A stretch of DNA of 64,000 nt from the IMG/VR virus record IMGVR_UViG_3300020231_000201. The stretch is one strand, 5' to 3'. Below the pieces are notes generated by a model. The model had not been told where the DNA came from, did no database searches, and saw nothing but the letters and a program-made list of their open reading frames with translations. This DNA comes from an uncultured virus (IMG/VR IMGVR_UViG_3300020231_000201) (lineage: Duplodnaviria; Heunggongvirae; Uroviricota; Caudoviricetes). Position numbers and translations under genes: made by a program. Of this stretch, positions 36,531 through 48,635 are shown one piece after another (position 1 is the first letter of the stretch; the number at the start of each line of letters is the position of its first letter).

Positions 36531-39500
36531 TTGCGACTAATGACTGAACAAGTAAATCAAGAAGAATACTTACAGAAATGTTTGCGTGACTATTTGAATG
36601 ACGACTTTGTAGTAGAAGAATCTTTGTTCCTATTCAGTTATCTAATCAAGAATGGGATCGCAAATACTTTAACGAAAAAAATTAGAGATACTGCACAACA
36701 TCTTATCAATGTTGATTGGATTAATGCAGATGGTAAAGTGTTGATTGGAATAGAAGAAGCAAGACAACAAACAGCAACAGCACAAGACGAAATAGATAGA
36801 GAAAATGAAACCAGCTTGTGAATATGAATTTGATCTTGAAGTTGAAATTATGAATACGAAAGTCAAATGTTCTTTATGTGACATGGAATTTATCAAAAAC
36901 GATCCTTTGATAGAACAAAGGAAAAAAAGACATGAAGAAAAACACACAAGGGGCTGGAATTATAAAGGCAGGGAAAACGGTGGCGGTAACAATACCATTG
37001 GATCTGTCCATTGGATTACAATAGGAGAATAAAATTGAACGATAAAGAATTATCACAAATTAGTTATCACGAAGATAACACAATACCAAAAAATAACATA
37101 TCAATAATACCAAAAATACGCAAGAAAAAATTGCAAGACATAACTGGATTGATGGCATACACTCCAGAACATGATAAAATTATGAACACACAATTAGAAG
37201 TTGTAAAGAATGTTTATTGTGGGAAAAGCAGAACACCTTACTCACATGGTTCTGGATCTATTAAAGCAGAAGGCGGATTTATGGACTATGGAATTTGGGA
37301 AGGATTTATTTTTTCAGTAGCAGTTCCAAAAGAAATTGGATTGAAAGGTTATGAATCCCCAGATCACGAAGGCTATGTCCACCCAATAAGAAATGATAAA
37401 ATTAGAAAACTTGCAGTAGAAGCTTCTGGAGATGAAGCAGAATCAATAATGGTTGAAGGAATGTTTACAACAGTTGTAGATAGTCCTCGCCACAAAGATA
37501 ATTGTAGATTTGGATTTAAGAATCAAGAAGATGCAGAAAAATTCATTGGATTAATAGAGGAGAATAAAAAATGAGCATTAGTATATACAGAGATAGTAAA
37601 TGTCACGATAAAAATTGTGAAGAATGTCAAGGAACAGGATTCTTTTACATTACAGATGAAGATTTTTTCAAATGCGAAGAATGTTTTGGAACAGGCTTTG
37701 TAACAAATGAGTAAAATCATTAGAAAATTTCCTGACGAATTAACTTTCGATCAGTTTGACGACATGAGTTGGGAATCAAAACAGTTTGGTTTAGACGATG
37801 ATCGTTCACTTACCGATATTGTTGAAGATGTAATTGCATACGCATTGGATAACAAAGGTCAAATCTACACACAGGTAGATGGCAAAACAGATAGAGTTTA
37901 TTCCAAAGGACTAAGATGGATTAATCGCACAGGACTTTACGAAGTCGTTACAGGCGAGGATTTTGAGATAGATAATAATTGATCGAAGCGATTAAAGAGA
38001 TAGAAAGTTATCTCAATACATTAAAGGAAGATCAAAAGCAACGTGAAATAAAAGTTGCCAACTTCAAGAGATTCATTCAAGCAGATGATCCAGAAGGTTT
38101 GGTATCAGTAGGAAAAACACTCATACAACTAAAGCAAGAATTTCAAATGGTTAGAGAGTTCATCTTTAATATTGAAAACGCTTTGATACCAATAAGGAGA
38201 ATTAATAATTGATTCTCAATACAATCAAAAATTTACTTGTTGGAAATAAGATCACAATGAATGGAGAATCGTTTGAAGTTTTAGACGATTGTTGTGGTCA
38301 TGGAAATGAAAATGTAATTTGTTGTTCTCATACTTTACGAGGAAACAATTACGTTGAAACAGATCCAACAAACACATTCAGTTGTGGTTCATGCAAAGGG
38401 AAAAAATTATTCCCAGTTTGCAAACAATGTTTCATAGAGTATAGAGGCGTATAGAAATGATAAGCGAACCTACAAGATTAAGTAAAATCGATCTTGAACA
38501 GATTACTTACCACGAAGATAATGTCATACCAAAAGACATCAAGAAAACACGCAAGTCGAAAAAATCGGCTAAGTCGAAAAACGATGAACAAGCCAGCATA
38601 ATAGAAGAACATTTTGCAAGACGAATGGAAGCAAGAACACGAACACCAAGTTTACAAGTTAATGATCTATCAGATGAATCATCTTGTCAAAATCCTGATT
38701 GCACAGCACTAGCTTTTGGAGGTCTTCATGGAAATGGACTTTGTAGTGATTGTTATCAAGCAACAATAATGACAAGAAGAACACCGAGTAGAAGATAATG
38801 ACTAAAAAGATGAATAGAAAACTAATACTTCCGCAAGAACTAACTGCACAACAATTTTTCGATTTCTCTTGGGAAGATCACAAGAACTGGATTCTCAAAG
38901 TTAAGAAACCAAAATTCCCGTTCTTCATACACCTTTACAAAAAGGCTGGACAATCAAAAGAAATTGGATCAGCAGTAATTAACGTTGCAGTAGTAATAGA
39001 TACCAATGGTCGTTCTCCACTTGATTCTGCCAGAGGAATCATAGAAAAGTTCGATCCAGATTACTACTTAGTGTTAGCAGAAGGTTGGGCAAAGTTTCAT
39101 GACGTTAAGAAAAATACTGAAACACATGATAAATTTCTGGAAAATTACAAGTATGGCGACATACAAAAATTGAAAGAGAAGGTTGAGGTAATGCAAGTAA
39201 CTGGAAAAAGCAAAGATGGAAAACACGAATACCAAAAGACTATGAGAATAGTTAGAAACGAATCAGATGAAATCATTGACTTTGTTGATCTAAGAAAAGT
39301 ATTTGGTGAATCACTCAAGGGCAAGACGAATAAATTACCATGAAGAAATGTGACGGTTGCGAAGGCAGAGGATATTTCCATATTGCAGGAACAAAAAGAA
39401 ATTGTAATGCGATTTGTGGAAAATGCAAAGGCACAGGAAAGATCAAGGTCTTTAGAAATTGACTCCACCTAAATTAACAGCGTTCGGAAATAGAGTTACA

Positions 39501-40465
39501 ATAAAAAGTGAATTAGATATGATAATTCAACTTCTAAGTATCTCACATAGAAATTATATTACAATTGACGAGTTATTAGAACTTCGTCATAAATGGAAAA
39601 TTGAGGATAAAAAATTATGAAATATAAATACACAGTAGAATTTGAATCAGAACATGATTTGCTCGCTGAAGGAGATGGTAATTATGATCCAATAGATATC
39701 ATTGAACCTAGTGTGCAAGTAGTAACTGCTGACAAAAATGGTGTTGGTAGTTGGTGGTATGGCACACCAAATTATGCAATAGAATGGAAAATTATTAAGA
39801 AAGAGGAGATAAAAAATTGATTACATCGATCAAGGGTTATGAATTTGGTAGATTACTAGGACTAATAGAGCAAGTTAGACTTCATTCAGAAAACTTGGAG
39901 TTAATTAATGACTTTGTTATGAAACTAGAACCAAAGATAATGTGTACTTCTATTGAAGATGATCTCCCAATTCAAACAGGAGATGCTTGTAGCTTCATAA
40001 AATTACTACAAGATGCAGTAAGCAGATTAGATGATTTCACGAAAGAGTTGGAGAAAGAAAATTGAAGTTTGAATTAGAAATACATTACAGCGAAACAAGA
40101 ACCAAGAAAGGTTTCGTTGAGATAGAAGCAGAAAATGAAACAGAAGCAGAACAAAAATTTTTCGATACTGATCCCGATGTTGATTATGAAGATACAACAG
40201 ATGAACGAGGCGGAGGAACAGATATCGAAGTGTACCATGTAAGGAGTATGGAAAAATGAAAAAATTAGACGAGAATCGAATACCAAACATTGACAAAGTA
40301 AAGATCATTGAAGATGGTAGAGGATTACGAATTGAGTTTGGTAATAATACTCACTTTGTTGATAAACGAGATTTGTTTAACTTACCGTCATGGAATGATA
40401 GGATAGACAATAGAAATAAAACATTAAGGAAACTTGATGAAGGAACTAGGAGAATAAAAAAATGA
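36531..40465 (+). other. Run of at least 12 small co-oriented hypothetical CDS (36531, 36805, 37011, 37707, 37979, 38209, 38457, 38798, 39617, 39817, 40062, 40256) plus sub-60-aa ORFs
   Basis: Overlapping start/stop junctions and GGAGAATAAAAA-type RBS; no recognisable families. Confidence 0.7.
39340..39462 (+). CDS. 40-aa DnaJ-type (CxxCxGxG)2 zinc-finger microprotein (not in ORF track)
   Basis: MKKCDGCEGRG...CGKCKGTGKI. Confidence 0.6.
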   Translation: MKKCDGCEGRGYFHIAGTKRNCNAICGKCKGTGKIKVFRN

Positions 40466-40977
40466 AAGAAGATGAATCAATGACACAATTAGAAAGCCAA
40501 TTTGAATACATCTTAGATTTATTCAGGCAATACAAAGATGAAAACGAACCCGAATTAAAAAACGAAATAAATGGTTTTAGAATCATCTTGTCAAAAATTG
40601 GGGATAAATAAATTGAAATCTTGGATTAATCAAAAAGAATCATGGGAATTAATTAATTACCATATTCAACAGGCAAAAAAAATGAGAGAAGAAAATTGGT
40701 AGTATCAATTTGGTCACATAATGGAAATGATTATGTGATAACATCACAAAAGAAAAATGAAACTTTTGAACAAGTTAGTAAAAGACATCATAAAAAAATG
40801 ATGAAAGGAAAAGGAGAATAAAAAAATGAAAGAAGATTATTATGTTACAGTCGGAATCAACCATCACGACAATAAATTTGATGGAAATATTCAAAGATTC
40901 TTTTTGAATGGACTTAACGATTCTCAATCACAGATGCTATGGGCATTATTGAGAGGATTACAAAAGGTAAATAAAAA

Positions 40978-42225
40978 ATGAATGACGAAATTATTAGAAC
41001 AACAGTTCTTTCAATAGGAGAGAACAAAGGATCACCAAGAATTTGGCAGGAAGGAAAATTTCTAGCCAAAGCAGAATTCAATCAAGGCGATCCAATTAGA
41101 ATTACATACATGGAGGATAGAATCCTCATTACAAAGGATGCAGATGGCGACCACATAGTTTCAAAAAAGAAAAACGTTCCTCTCATAGACATCAACAACC
41201 AAAAAATTAAAGAGGTTTTTGATCTCACTAGACAAGTTCAAGTGGTAGTCAAGATTGCACAGATTGAAATCAGAAGAACTTATCGTAATTGGAAAATTTC
41301 GACTCGGAAGAAAGACGGTTCTTCAGCACACTTGTTTTCAGGCGGAGGTCTATTAGATTATTCAGCAAAATTAGCTGGCTTCTCTACAAAGTGGGCAGTT
41401 GAAATAAACGATAAATATGCAGATGTTTGGCAAGCTAATCACAAAGGAACAATGCACAACTGTCCAATATCAGAATTGGATTTAGATCTTTTAGAACAAG
41501 TTGAGTTACTGACAGCAGGTGTTCCATGCGAACCATTCTCAATAGCACGACAGAACCAACAGGACTTAGCATTTCACAAAAACGCTAACCTTAGTATGTT
41601 CTTACTAATGGTCATTGAGAAAATCAATCCAAGAACAATCATCTTGGAGGAAGTTCCGCAGTATTCAAAGTCGGAGATCGGCATGGCAACTATTGAAACT
41701 ATCAAACAGATGGGTTACAATGTAGAATGTAAAATTCTCAAGGGAACGGACTTTGGAGAATTGATGGTTCGGAAACGAGTAGCAATTGTTTGCACTACGC
41801 CCCCTGATACACCAAACTTTCCAGAGGAAAATCCGATCTCACGCACAATGGATGAAGTTCTATTGGCGACAGAGGATTCCAGATGCAATTGGTTTGCAAT
41901 AACAGATAAACAATGGTTAAAGAATCATTGGGAACAACAAAAAGCTAAGGGAAATAATTTCCATAGTCAAATAATTACAAGGGATTCAACCTATGTTTCA
42001 GCAATTACAAGACGATACTTTGCTCAACAAGGATCAAATCCAATAGTAGCACACCCAACTAAACAAGAGGTTTACCGATGGCTAGAACCTATCGAAGTAA
42101 AACGGTTAATGGGTTTGCCAGATGAGTACGACTTGGGAGAAACTAAAACACTTGCAGGAGAAGTGCTAGGTCAAGGCGTACTAGTGGAAGTATTCCGAAA
42201 GGTAATACAGGAGAATAAAAATTGA
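40978..42225 (+). CDS. DNA (cytosine-5)-methyltransferase with N-terminal AbrB/SymE-like extension
   Basis: Motif I LFSGGG, II WAVEI, IV AGVPCEPFS, VI ILEEV, VIII RKR, IX RWLEPIEVKRLMGLP, X GQGV. Confidence 0.9.
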   Translation: MNDEIIRTTVLSIGENKGSPRIWQEGKFLAKAEFNQGDPIRITYMEDRILITKDADGDHIVSKKKNVPLIDINNQKIKEVFDLTRQVQVVVKIAQIEIRRTYRNWKISTRKKDGSSAHLFSGGGLLDYSAKLAGFSTKWAVEINDKYADVWQANHKGTMHNCPISELDLDLLEQVELLTAGVPCEPFSIARQNQQDLAFHKNANLSMFLLMVIEKINPRTIILEEVPQYSKSEIGMATIETIKQMGYNVECKILKGTDFGELMVRKRVAIVCTTPPDTPNFPEENPISRTMDEVLLATEDSRCNWFAITDKQWLKNHWEQQKAKGNNFHSQIITRDSTYVSAITRRYFAQQGSNPIVAHPTKQEVYRWLEPIEVKRLMGLPDEYDLGETKTLAGEVLGQGVLVEVFRKVIQENKN

Positions 42226-42423
42226 AAAGAATAGTAGAATATAGAAACGAAACAATCGTAGAAGAAAGCAAAGTTTGTGAAGGCTGTGGCATTGATTACT
42301 ATGGCTGTACTGAACATTGTGGAAAATGCACGACAAAGGATCACGAAGGAGAATAAAAATGAAAATATATGATGAAATCGATCTTGAAAATCATTACGAT
42401 TTGTTAATCGAGGAGTTAGTAAA

Positions 42424-42729
42424 TTGACACAAGAAATAGATGTAAAACTTCTAAACAAGAATAGAAAAATAATTAGTAAGAGAATAGATTTTCTCAACAA
42501 AGATATTAGAAAATTAATCAGTAACGCAGAAAGTTACATTAAGACTCTCGATCCAAAAACAGAATTAATTTTTGAAGATGTAACTGTAAGAGAGTGGAGA
42601 TGTGAACAATGCGGTTCAACAGAAATCCATGACGTTAGTATGGATTCTGATTCAGAAGATAATGCAACGGATTGCGGTTTTGAATGTGAAAAAGGTCATT
42701 TCAATTTCGTAAGAACGGAAAGATACTGA
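42424..42729 (+). CDS. Zinc-ribbon protein
   Basis: CEQCGS...CEKGH. Confidence 0.6.
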   Translation: MTQEIDVKLLNKNRKIISKRIDFLNKDIRKLISNAESYIKTLDPKTELIFEDVTVREWRCEQCGSTEIHDVSMDSDSEDNATDCGFECEKGHFNFVRTERY

Positions 42730-42971
42730 TGGTGTTATTAATAGAATGTAGAATCTGTAACCAATTAAAAACAGATTGTTTAGATGGAATTTGTGAAAAC
42801 TGTTTAGATAAACATAAACCATACAAACAACTAATTGATTCAGCTAACAAGGTTCAGGATTACATTATTAATTCTGAAATGGGAGGACAATTAGACAGGA
42901 CTGATCCATTTTATAGAACTTGGAACGGATTAGAGGAATTAAAAATAAAGTTCGAGGAAGAAGGAGAATAA
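42729..42971 (+). CDS. Small zinc-binding protein
   Basis: CRIC...CENC. Confidence 0.6.
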   Translation: MVLLIECRICNQLKTDCLDGICENCLDKHKPYKQLIDSANKVQDYIINSEMGGQLDRTDPFYRTWNGLEELKIKFEEEGE

Positions 42972-42975
42972 AAAA

Positions 42976-43752
42976 ATGAGTAATAAATTAAAAGAACTAT
43001 CACAGTTCAGATTTAAAATAGAGCAACCAGCTTTAGAGCAGATTCTAAAGAGTATAGATTGCTTTGCAGAAGAAGTAACAATCAAACTCGACAAAAATGG
43101 TTTGAAATTTGAAACAATGGATGCAAGTCATGTAGCATTAATTTCAGGCGAACTTCCAAACTCACTGTTTGAAATTTATGAAGTCGATAAAGATGTTAAG
43201 TTTGGCATAGTAGTCGATGAGATTCTAAACATTGTAAAGGACTTTGATAGAACCGAAACAATCGAGATCAAATTGCTACCTAATGCAACAAGTATTCAAC
43301 TATCAAGAAAGGAAGTAAAATACAAAGTACGAATACTTGAACGATCTGATACTGAAATTCCAACTCCCAAACTAACTTTCAATGCTACAATTAGTCTTGA
43401 TAGTGAAACAGGAGTTAGTCAGTTCACAAAGTATCTCAAAAAGATTCTAACTGTAAGTCCTTACATTACTATCAACACAACAAGACAAAAGGGATTCTTT
43501 AGAGGATCTGGAGATATTGGCGAAGTAACAATCGACTTTGAACAAGGAATGGATTGGCTTGATAAAGTAAATTCAAAAACAAAAAAGGCAGAATCAACTT
43601 ACTCACTTGAATACTTACAACCATACTTCAAAACAATTTCAAAGTTGAAAACCAGGTTTGACTATGATACAAAAATGCCGATAAGAATTCAAAGTGAAAT
43701 TTCAAAGGTTGGAAGGCTAGACTTTTACTTAGCCCCGAGAGTAGAAAATTGA
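42976..43752 (+). CDS. pcn: PCNA sliding clamp (archaeal type)
   Basis: MDASHVALI, FEIYEV, GSGDIGEV, YSLEYL, C-terminal FYLAPRVE; 258 aa. Confidence 0.93.
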   Translation: MSNKLKELSQFRFKIEQPALEQILKSIDCFAEEVTIKLDKNGLKFETMDASHVALISGELPNSLFEIYEVDKDVKFGIVVDEILNIVKDFDRTETIEIKLLPNATSIQLSRKEVKYKVRILERSDTEIPTPKLTFNATISLDSETGVSQFTKYLKKILTVSPYITINTTRQKGFFRGSGDIGEVTIDFEQGMDWLDKVNSKTKKAESTYSLEYLQPYFKTISKLKTRFDYDTKMPIRIQSEISKVGRLDFYLAPRVEN

Positions 43753-46613
43753 CAAATGCAGAAGTATTAATTCAATGCCTACTAGATAACAAGTTGGTTA
43801 CGACAAGATTTGACAAATTCCTTAACCAACAAATGATAGAAATTACTCCATTAGGAATTGAAATCCATTCAGTTCTTAACAAGTTGAAAACGACTTCAAA
43901 AGAATCAGAAGAAACTAATCAATATGCAGGAGAAAAATTAGAGGAGGAGGAAACCTGATGCCACTGTATAGAACTTACAAAAGAGAAATAATTGTTAAGG
44001 ACATGAAAGAATTTAGAGAGATAGAAAGAATGTTAGACGAAGTAATTTCTAATATTCCTGAATTGGAGGATGAAATTGAAACCTAAAACATACACAACAC
44101 TATGCTCACAATTTTTTGATAACGTAACAAACATGGACAACGATCTCGAACATGATCAATACGAAGAAATGAGTGCAGAAAATGACATGATAGAACAGTT
44201 TATGATTTTAGAAGGAAGGAAAAAATCATTTACTAATTGGCAACAGCGATGCTATGTGGAAGTTCAAGCAAGAGCAGATGGGATATGAACCAATTTCCAA
44301 AATTTAGGCGATCTCATTCGGTTGGTCTAGCGGTGGACTCGGAATGAAAAGAGGATTTACAATCGAAAAGATTATGCTTGTTCCTCATGGTTCAGGACAT
44401 AACGATACGATTGTAGTGGTGGAACGTAAGTTCCAAAAAGGAGAAAATAAAAATGAAATTTGAAATAGAGTTTATCAAATCTCACTTGGAAGCAACTAGT
44501 GGAACAGTTGAGATAGAAGCAGAAAATGAAACTGATGCAAGAGATTTGTTTTCAGGTGGAGATTACAAAGATGAAACAGTAGTTTGGGAAAGAACAAAAC
44601 AGTTTGACTATTCTACACAGATCGAGGACATTAAGGAGGTTGAAGATTGACTAAAACAATAAAATCAAAAGATATTGAGGATGAATTTACACAATATCAA
44701 GGAATGACTTGTAACAAATGTGGAGAAACAATATCAAACGACTTTGGCGATATGAAAAGTCACTTGGAATCACATGACATGGAGATCGAAGATTGAAACT
44801 TAGTTCTTATGAAATCAAACTAATCTTTAATGTTTTAAAAAACCCTGAACAATTTAAAGCGAAAGTTGGTATAAATGGTGAACCAACTAAATTTGGTTGG
44901 GGATTTGGAGATGCAACAGAACAAGAAACATTTGATCTTTTAATTGAGGAATTCAATAAGGAGATTGAAGATTGACTAATTTTCTTTCAGCAAAAAACAT
45001 TCATCAAGGTTCAGAATTACTAGAAGGCCAAAACTTTGTAGTATTGATCTGTGATATTGATGATATAAAACAAAAAATAAAAGATAATGGCGACCAGCTA
45101 ACCACAAAAGAAATCAAGGAGGTATATGACCTGGCAAAAAGAAAATTGGCAGATCTTCTCATGGAAGATTTTTGGTTTGGCTTAGATGCCCTTATCCGAC
45201 AGGTAAAGGATGATTGACCGTTCAAAGAAACGAACAATCTGTTATATCCAATGCCAGTCAAAATAGTATAGTAGAACAAGTGGAATTACGGAGAGTAATA
45301 TTATGTTCAAACTAATAATGATAGCAGTGGTTTTAGGTTTTCTATTATCGACAGCAACAGCTTTTAGCGAAGTAGAAACTTACCAAGATGCAATACCCGT
45401 CTTAGAAACAATAGGACAAAACTTGTATCAAACATTAACAACAAGCGTTGAATTCATTCAAGGTGTAATTGAGATTTGGAGTGTTGAAGGTTGACTAAAG
45501 AAAAACATGACCATAATTTTAAAGAATACGATGTTGAAGGAAAAAGAAAATATGAGATTTATGGTATTTGTAAATGTGGACAAACAATAAAGGCGGAGAT
45601 TTGAATTGGCACAAATGACTACACAAATGACTAATAATAAGCAACAACTAGAACAAATAATGGACTCGGAGATAGAGAACGTTAAACAGATCGTATCAAA
45701 GATTTTTGATTCTGCTGCGATACGAGATTGGCAAATCGTACAACATGGTAGACAGTTTAAAATTTTTATAACATCTGACTATCACTTACCACGAATTTGT
45801 CTAACAGAATTAGAATCAAATGGATATCCTGTTCAAACAATTCATTGTGAACAGAATGTCTTGGAAATTACCATAGGAGGTAAAATAAAATGAAAGTAGA
45901 AGCAATACTAAAAAACACGGATGCAAAAACACTATTCGAGTTATTCAAGAAATACACAGATCAACTTGTTAAGAATACAGAGAGTCTAGGTATCTTTGCA
46001 ATAGATGAACAAGTAAGCAAAAATGTATTTGAAAATAGCGACATTAGATTAGTGATAAAGCAACTAAAGGAGAAAAGAAAATGATAGGAAAAATATGGCA
46101 GAAGCTAAAGGACTTGTATGGTTGGGATCAAAGTCAAGCTTTCTATTGGAAAGACAAGAGAGCATATTACAAAGCCTTAGCAAATGGTTGGAAAAGAAAA
46201 ATGGGCGAAGCAAAAAATCAAGCACAATTCAATCAAGCAAAATTCAGGTATGAAGATTATGAATCTCTATACATGAAAGCTGACTTTAACGTCAAACACT
46301 ACGATACAGATGAAGTAGAACCTGGTTGGAGAAATTAGAATTGGAAAAGAAAACACTAGGGAAAGATAATGATGGCAACGATATTGACATTTTAATTCCA
46401 AATGACAAGGAAGAAAAAGGTATGCCAAATATTTTCGATGCTAGGGATAAAGAAAATCAAAAAGAACCGCCCAAAATTGGAGTCGAAATAGAAACGGTTG
46501 ATGGAAAACTAATTACAAAATATGTTTGTATTCCATGTGGATTCAAAGATGCAGATATGAAAAAATACAAAGCTCATAGATGCAAATCACATACAGAGGA
46601 TGATAAAGATTGA
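43749..46613 (+). other. Run of about 10 small hypothetical CDS (43749, 44070, 44453, 44793, 44972, 45303, 45606, 45890, 46081, 46326)
   Basis: Coupled junctions; 44453 is a paralog of 40062 (VEIEAENET); 45303 has a signal peptide. Confidence 0.7.
44308..44463 (+). pseudogene. C-terminal remnant of a phage-type adenine DNA methylase
   Basis: AISFGWSSGGLGMKRGFTIEKIMLVPHGSGHNDTIVVVERK follows an in-frame TAG, with no N-terminal SAM-binding or DPPY part. Confidence 0.65.
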
Positions 46614-47941
46614 AAAACATTCTACTAGGTCATACTGAATTTGGTCAAGAGATTGAATTGAATACTGACAAGTTCTTGAAACAAAGACTTCTCCTTCAAG
46701 GAATTTCAGGTTCTTGGAAAACAGAAACAATCAAGACAATCATCAAAGGACTAAAGGAAGTAACTCGATCTGATGAATCACCAAACGGTATTCAACAGAT
46801 AATTTTCGATTGGGAAGGAGAGTATCACCCATTAAGAAAATCATTTCCATACATACTACTTGGAGATGAAGGAGAGTTCCCAGTTGATGTAGAGATGGCA
46901 GAAGCTATGGCAATCGAAATTAGAAAGACTAGAGCTTCTGTAATAATTGATCTTTCATCATTCAAAGACCATGAAGAACGACAAGAATATGTTGGAATAT
47001 TTATCAATGCAATATTAGATGTTCCAAAAGACTATTGGAAACCATGCACAGTGGTAATTGATGAAGCACACAACCTTTGTAATCAAAGAGATTCAAGATC
47101 ACTATCTAAGAAACCAATAATACGACTTTGTGAAACAGGAAGGAAAAGATCAATCTCTACAATACTTGGAACACAACGACTTGCAGCACTTGACAAAAAC
47201 GCTTCTGCACAGATGGTCAACAGATTGATCGGTTGGACAGTTGAAGTTCCTGACAGGGATGCAGCAGCACGACTTCTTGGCGGTGGAATAGAAATCTCAA
47301 ACGCAATCAAAGACTTTAAGGGCGGAGAATACTTTGCATTTGGATCTGCATTATCAGAAAGAGATGTACAAAAGTTCAATGTAGTTAAACAAGAAAACTT
47401 TGAAAAAATTGACTTACTGCAAGTGCCACCATTGAATAATTATGGTCAGCAAATATTTGCAAAGATTTCAGATTCATTGAACATGAGTAGTGGAAACATG
47501 AGTAGTGGATTTAAAGTAAATCCAAATGAAAAAGAAACAAACTATTTTAATCCAGATGAAGTTGCGAAACTAATTAAGAACATGGATAAACCTGATTATA
47601 CCCAATTGCATGATGATACCCAATTGCATGATACAGTAAGTGATTCTTTAGCCGATAAAGGTAGAGTTACTTTAACACAATCAGAACTACGAAAGGTAAA
47701 ACTGGAATCATGGAATCAAGCATTTGAGTATATCCTACAAGCTTCAGCAGTAAGAAAAGGGATCTTTAGAAGAAAAATTGATGTTCTCGATATCATCAAA
47801 GTCAAAACAAAACGTAACGAGGACAAATACATTATCAAAGATTATCAAGAAATCTGTAAGAAGTGTAATACCATGTTAGAAGCAAACGAGAAAACTGTTT
47901 GCAATAGATGTATTGCAGATTATACAGAGAGAAGAAATTGA
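46610..47941 (+). CDS. HerA/DUF87-like ATPase
   Basis: Walker A variant GISGSWKT, IFDWEGEY, Walker B VVIDEAH, GRKRSISTILGTQR; C-terminal CxxC-CxxC. Confidence 0.85.
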   Translation: MKNILLGHTEFGQEIELNTDKFLKQRLLLQGISGSWKTETIKTIIKGLKEVTRSDESPNGIQQIIFDWEGEYHPLRKSFPYILLGDEGEFPVDVEMAEAMAIEIRKTRASVIIDLSSFKDHEERQEYVGIFINAILDVPKDYWKPCTVVIDEAHNLCNQRDSRSLSKKPIIRLCETGRKRSISTILGTQRLAALDKNASAQMVNRLIGWTVEVPDRDAAARLLGGGIEISNAIKDFKGGEYFAFGSALSERDVQKFNVVKQENFEKIDLLQVPPLNNYGQQIFAKISDSLNMSSGNMSSGFKVNPNEKETNYFNPDEVAKLIKNMDKPDYTQLHDDTQLHDTVSDSLADKGRVTLTQSELRKVKLESWNQAFEYILQASAVRKGIFRRKIDVLDIIKVKTKRNEDKYIIKDYQEICKKCNTMLEANEKTVCNRCIADYTERRN

Positions 47942-48066
47942 AATGTAAAAATTGTCAAGGCAACGGATTCACAGTTGATGATGGTTACATGATGAAGTAT
48001 GGAATCAAAGATTACGGAGAACATGAATGTGATGTATGTAATGGATCTGGAGAAATAGAAGATTGA
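47938..48066 (+). CDS. 42-aa DnaJ-type zinc-finger microprotein (not in ORF track)
   Basis: CKNCQGNG...CDVCNGSG. Confidence 0.6.
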   Translation: MKCKNCQGNGFTVDDGYMMKYGIKDYGEHECDVCNGSGEIED

Positions 48067-48236
48067 ACCTTACAGGTCAAGGGGCATTACCGCAAAAATG
48101 TCCAAAGTGCAACAAGGCAGATTTGGAATGGGGCGAAAAGATTTTCGATGAATCTATGTCGCAACAATCAAGTTGTCCAAACTGTAAAGCAGAATTTGTA
48201 GAAAACCATAAGGTAGATTATTGGGAGGAATGTTAA

Positions 48237-48635
48237 TTGACTAAACGACTAGAGTATGATCAGTTGTTTATTGCCTTAGCGAATTCTTCAGTAAGAAATA
48301 TGCTAAAACAGATGGGAGATCCAGATGATAAAAGTCCAGATAGAATATGTACTCACGGACAAATGTTAGCTGAATTTGTTTATCAAAGTTCAGATGGTTC
48401 AGAAGCAAACAAACTAAAAAAATCAGGATTGTTTTCACATCATCTACGAAGGCTAGTCAATTTAAAATTGGTAATCAAGGATAACGAAACAGGGTTCTAT
48501 TGGATTACTTTTGCAGGAAAACTAGCTTTGAAGGCTGCAAAAATTTTAGAACAAGCATTAGATGAAAAAACACTTAATGATGTGAACAAGCAAGGCAGAT
48601 TGGTATTCAAGATAGAAAGAAATGACAATGACTGA
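48237..48635 (+). CDS. Winged-helix (ArsR-like) transcription regulator
   Basis: LFIALANSSVRNML...FSHHLRRLVNLKLV...YWITFAGK. Confidence 0.75.
   Translation: MTKRLEYDQLFIALANSSVRNMLKQMGDPDDKSPDRICTHGQMLAEFVYQSSDGSEANKLKKSGLFSHHLRRLVNLKLVIKDNETGFYWITFAGKLALKAAKILEQALDEKTLNDVNKQGRLVFKIERNDND

Noticed and set aside
41979..41990. Third copy of the AAGGGATTCAA RNA motif
   Set aside because: Inside the C5-methylase CDS and lacks the TTGATGAAAT partner strand.
44315..44350. tRNA-like D-arm (GGTCTAGCGGT)
   Set aside because: No T-arm or acceptor stem; explained as coding sequence of the methylase remnant. No tRNA was recognised anywhere in the window.
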